From the NCBI GenBank assembly GCA_904063045.1, contig CAJFCJ010000014.1, positions 1,361,643 through 1,425,642 of the forward strand: a DNA stretch of 64,000 nucleotides. The letters are read 5' to 3'. Both the position numbers and the translations under genes were made by a program. Below, piece by piece: positions 61,359-64,000 of this stretch. The notes beneath the pieces are model-generated. The model saw only the letters and a program-made list of their open reading frames with translations. It ran no database searches and was not told the origin of the DNA. Each line of letters opens with the position of its first letter. Within the stretch, counting starts at the first letter, position 1. This stretch comes from Dimorphilus gyrociliatus. Taxonomy: Eukaryota; Animalia; Annelida.

Positions 61359-62552
61359 ATGCCTCCTAAGAAAAAGCAAGAAGAAGAGAAACCTGTTCTT
61401 ATTGGCCGCGTCGGTACCAATTTAAAAATTGGCATCGTTGGCTTACCAAACGTTGGGAAATCAACTTTCTTTAACGTTTTAACTAAGAGTCAAGTACAAG
61501 CCGAAAATTACCCATTCTGCACAATCGACCCAAGCGAAAGTCGTGTCCCTGTTCCTGATGTAAGATACGACCATTTAGTCGAAAGTTTCAAGCCAGCTAG
61601 TAAAGTTCCGGCGTTTTTGAATGTTGTTGATATTGCCGGCTTGGTGAAGGGTGCCTCCGAAGGCCAAGGACTAGGAAATGCTTTTCTCTCAAATATTAAA
61701 GGTTGTGATGCTCTGTTTAGTATGTCGAGAGTTTTTGAGGACGAAGAAGTAACTCATGTGGAAGGTGATGTTAATCCTGTTAGGGATCTTGATATAATTA
61801 TGGAGGAGCTTAGATTAAAGGATGAAGAATACATCAAGAAGAGGGTTGACAGTTTAGGAAGAGTAGCTATAAGAGGAGCTGACAAATCTAAAAAGGCGGA
61901 ATTTGATTTTTTTGCGAAGGTTGAAAAATTAGTATGTGTTGAGAAAAGACCTATTCGATTTGGAAGTTGGGATGCAAAAGAAGTTGAGTTTTTAAACCAG
62001 CATCTTTTCATTACTGCGAAACCAATAATTTACTTGATCAATATGTCGATAAAAGATTATGTACGGAAGAAGAACAAGTGGCTCCCAAAAATCAAAGAAT
62101 GGATTGACTCTCATGATCCTGGAGCAATGATTATTCCCGTAAGTGCAGCGATGGAGTTGGAATTGATGGATTTGGATGAAGAAGGCAAGAAAAAGTATCT
62201 AGAGGAGAAGGGAGGGGTTACTTCTCAACTAGAAAAAATAATTGTGCAAGGCTATAAAGCCTTGCAACTAATGTACTTTTTCACTGCTGGTGAGGATGAA
62301 GTCAAAGCTTGGACGATTCAAAAGAATACCAAGGCTCCTCAAGCGGCAGGAAAAATTCATACCGATTTCGAGAAGGGTTTCATTATGGCTGAGGTCATGA
62401 AATTTGATGACTTCAAGGAATACAAAACCGAAGTTGGTGTTAAAGCCGCGGGGAAATATAAACAAAAGGGAAGAGATTATATCGTAGAAGATGGTGATAT
62501 CATCTTTTTTAAATTTAACGCTGGATCCGGTTTAACTGATAAAAAAAAGTAA
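61359..62552 (+). CDS. OLA1: Obg-like ATPase 1 (OLA1/YchF), intronless
   Basis: [82 protein letters not shown] and [14 protein letters not shown]. Confidence 0.97.
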   Translation: MPPKKKQEEEKPVLIGRVGTNLKIGIVGLPNVGKSTFFNVLTKSQVQAENYPFCTIDPSESRVPVPDVRYDHLVESFKPASKVPAFLNVVDIAGLVKGASEGQGLGNAFLSNIKGCDALFSMSRVFEDEEVTHVEGDVNPVRDLDIIMEELRLKDEEYIKKRVDSLGRVAIRGADKSKKAEFDFFAKVEKLVCVEKRPIRFGSWDAKEVEFLNQHLFITAKPIIYLINMSIKDYVRKKNKWLPKIKEWIDSHDPGAMIIPVSAAMELELMDLDEEGKKKYLEEKGGVTSQLEKIIVQGYKALQLMYFFTAGEDEVKAWTIQKNTKAPQAAGKIHTDFEKGFIMAEVMKFDDFKEYKTEVGVKAAGKYKQKGRDYIVEDGDIIFFKFNAGSGLTDKKK

Positions 62553-63122
62553 ATCCCGCATTGAATACATATGCCAACTAAGTTAATTATTGAATAAAAA
62601 TTTTACCAAAATATACTGACGTAAATAGTCATTATTAACTAATTAATTGTGCCGATTAGGGACACAACAAAGTTCCACTGATCCTATTATTCCTTTGAGA
62701 ATTCGACTAGTCAAGATTTGATTAATTATCCTTCAAACAATATCTCGTTAGCAGGAAAATATGAGAGAAATTGCAGGACCGTCAGATGGCGTATTAAGGG
62801 CTAAGAAAGAAATTTCCCTTACTTTCTCTAAATCATTCTGACTAGGAAGGAATCTGTCAAAGACGACGTATTTTTCATAGTCTTTCACGGTCTATGGTCC
62901 TCTTTCGTTCTCTTGTCACTTGGTAAACCCTTGTTAAATATTTCAAAAGATAAATCCGGCGAAAAAAGATTTAATTAAAACAAGGAAAACGGGAAAGATG
63001 CAGTCAATTGTCTTAAATAATAAGATATTATCTGGCTGTTTTTAAAAGTTCTATTATGAATTTTCAACCGTGGCCCTTTTAACCATCTTGGAAAATAATT
63101 AGTCATTAATTACAATAAATTG

Positions 63123-63137
63123 GGCGCCACCTATTGG
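63123..63137 (-). promoter_or_regulatory. CTCF-like motif CCAATAGGTGGCGCC
   Basis: Close match to CCASYAGRKGGCRS about 75 bp upstream of the B4GAT1-like ATG. Related copies are listed in findings. Confidence 0.55.
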
Positions 63138-63208
63138 TGCGACAAACAGGCAGAGAAGCGCGATTGCAGATTCGAAGAGCAGGTTGACGGTTTTACGACA
63201 AACAGGTG

Positions 63209-64000
63209 ATGGCGTTTTGTAAACAGTTAACTTTTAGAAGAAGTCGCATAGTTATCTGCTTAGTATGTTTTTTATTATGCATTCAAGTATTGAATTTGGC
63301 ATTATTTCATCGTATGGATTCGAAGAAAACAAACAGTAGAACAGGAACGGATTTATTAAGGAATATATTAGAAACCATTTCTTCAAAAACTGTGATGGAT
63401 ACTAGTGGCTTATATCAAATCGTAAAGGATGTTATTAGTCGAAATCGTTCAGTTAGTTTGAAACAGAAATTGACTATAGTCACTCATTGTTCAGCTGACG
63501 ATTTACATTATATAATCGATTTAACAAGACATTGGAAAGGGGAAGTTTCTATATCAATTTTTGCCTTAGATGGAAAATTAGCGAATTTGGTTAGGAATCT
63601 AGTTAATATCTTCTATTGTTACAATATGGTAAATGTAAACTTTCATATTGTCTTCCCCTTACCCACAAGAACTGTTATTTTGACGGATGTTGATGAATTC
63701 TTCCCAAATTGCACTCTACCAGTTAGGCTGGAAAGGACAAGTCGATATTCTAAACTTCTTTATCCAACCAATTTACTCCGAAATGTCGCCTTATCTAGCG
63801 TGTCGTCGGAATTCTTTCTTATGATCGATGATTCGACCCTGCCAAATTCTGATTTGTACTCCCATTTTCGGTCAGAAATAGATAAGGGTTTCTTGTCTAA
63901 AACAGCCTATATCTTGCCTTCTTTTGAAGGAGACAAAAATTTAAATGTACCGACATCCAAGGCTGAATTAAATCGTCATTGGTTGGCCGGTCGAGTACGG
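63209..64000 (+). CDS. B4GAT1: Beta-1,4-glucuronyltransferase 1 (GT49)-like type II membrane protein, truncated by the window end
   Basis: Open frame from ATG 63209: MAFCKQLTFRRSRIVICLVCFLLCIQVLNLALF (signal anchor), LTIVTHCSADDL, WKGEVSISIFA, YPTNLLRNVA, AYILPSFE and VPTSKAEL. It has no stop inside the window, so it is missing from the ORF track. Confidence 0.8.
   Translation, partial: MAFCKQLTFRRSRIVICLVCFLLCIQVLNLALFHRMDSKKTNSRTGTDLLRNILETISSKTVMDTSGLYQIVKDVISRNRSVSLKQKLTIVTHCSADDLHYIIDLTRHWKGEVSISIFALDGKLANLVRNLVNIFYCYNMVNVNFHIVFPLPTRTVILTDVDEFFPNCTLPVRLERTSRYSKLLYPTNLLRNVALSSVSSEFFLMIDDSTLPNSDLYSHFRSEIDKGFLSKTAYILPSFEGDKNLNVPTSKAELNRHWLAGRVR

Noticed and set aside
62640-62960. Slightly GC-richer stretch between OLA1 and B4GAT1-like with short open frames on both strands
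   Set aside because: No frame exceeds ~50 codons, splice contexts are poor, and I recognise no homology. It is most likely UTR or promoter sequence.

Overview
AT-rich (roughly 30% GC by eye), extremely gene-dense metazoan genomic DNA, not prokaryotic. I assembled about 25 protein-coding genes plus a possible partial gene at the left edge, about one gene per 2.5 kb. Most introns are 50-90 nt GT-AG and many genes are head-to-head with only 100-400 bp between start codons. This fits a miniaturised invertebrate genome (compatible with, but not proof of, an annelid such as Dimorphilus). Genes in order: FGFR-like RTK, POLE3, Sushi-TM protein, orphan TM + 3xSH3 protein, giant coiled-coil protein, BOP1, acid lipase, TSSK, ADAM10/17-like, C2H2 zinc finger, POLE2, KATNAL2, JAGN1, orphan, SLC35A-type transporter, ATAD3, TM-RING E3, METTL7, CENP-N, NAB, SMAP ArfGAP, orphan helical-repeat/mucin protein, MANSC1/C11orf24-like mucin, OLA1 and B4GAT1-like (cut off by the window end). 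SMAP and B4GAT1-like are absent from the ORF track. Top leads: a phase-consistent 13-exon type III transmembrane adaptor with three SH3 domains and a Trp/acidic motif array; a 10-mer TGAGCGATAA found six times near gene 5' ends; a U12-type intron in POLE2; an ADAM with a CUE-like tail; and an atypical ~31-aa alpha/beta repeat surface protein. No rRNA, tRNA, CRISPR array or intact transposon was recognised. Exon boundaries were assigned by hand from splice signals and reading-frame continuity; homology calls come from recalled family motifs, not database searches.
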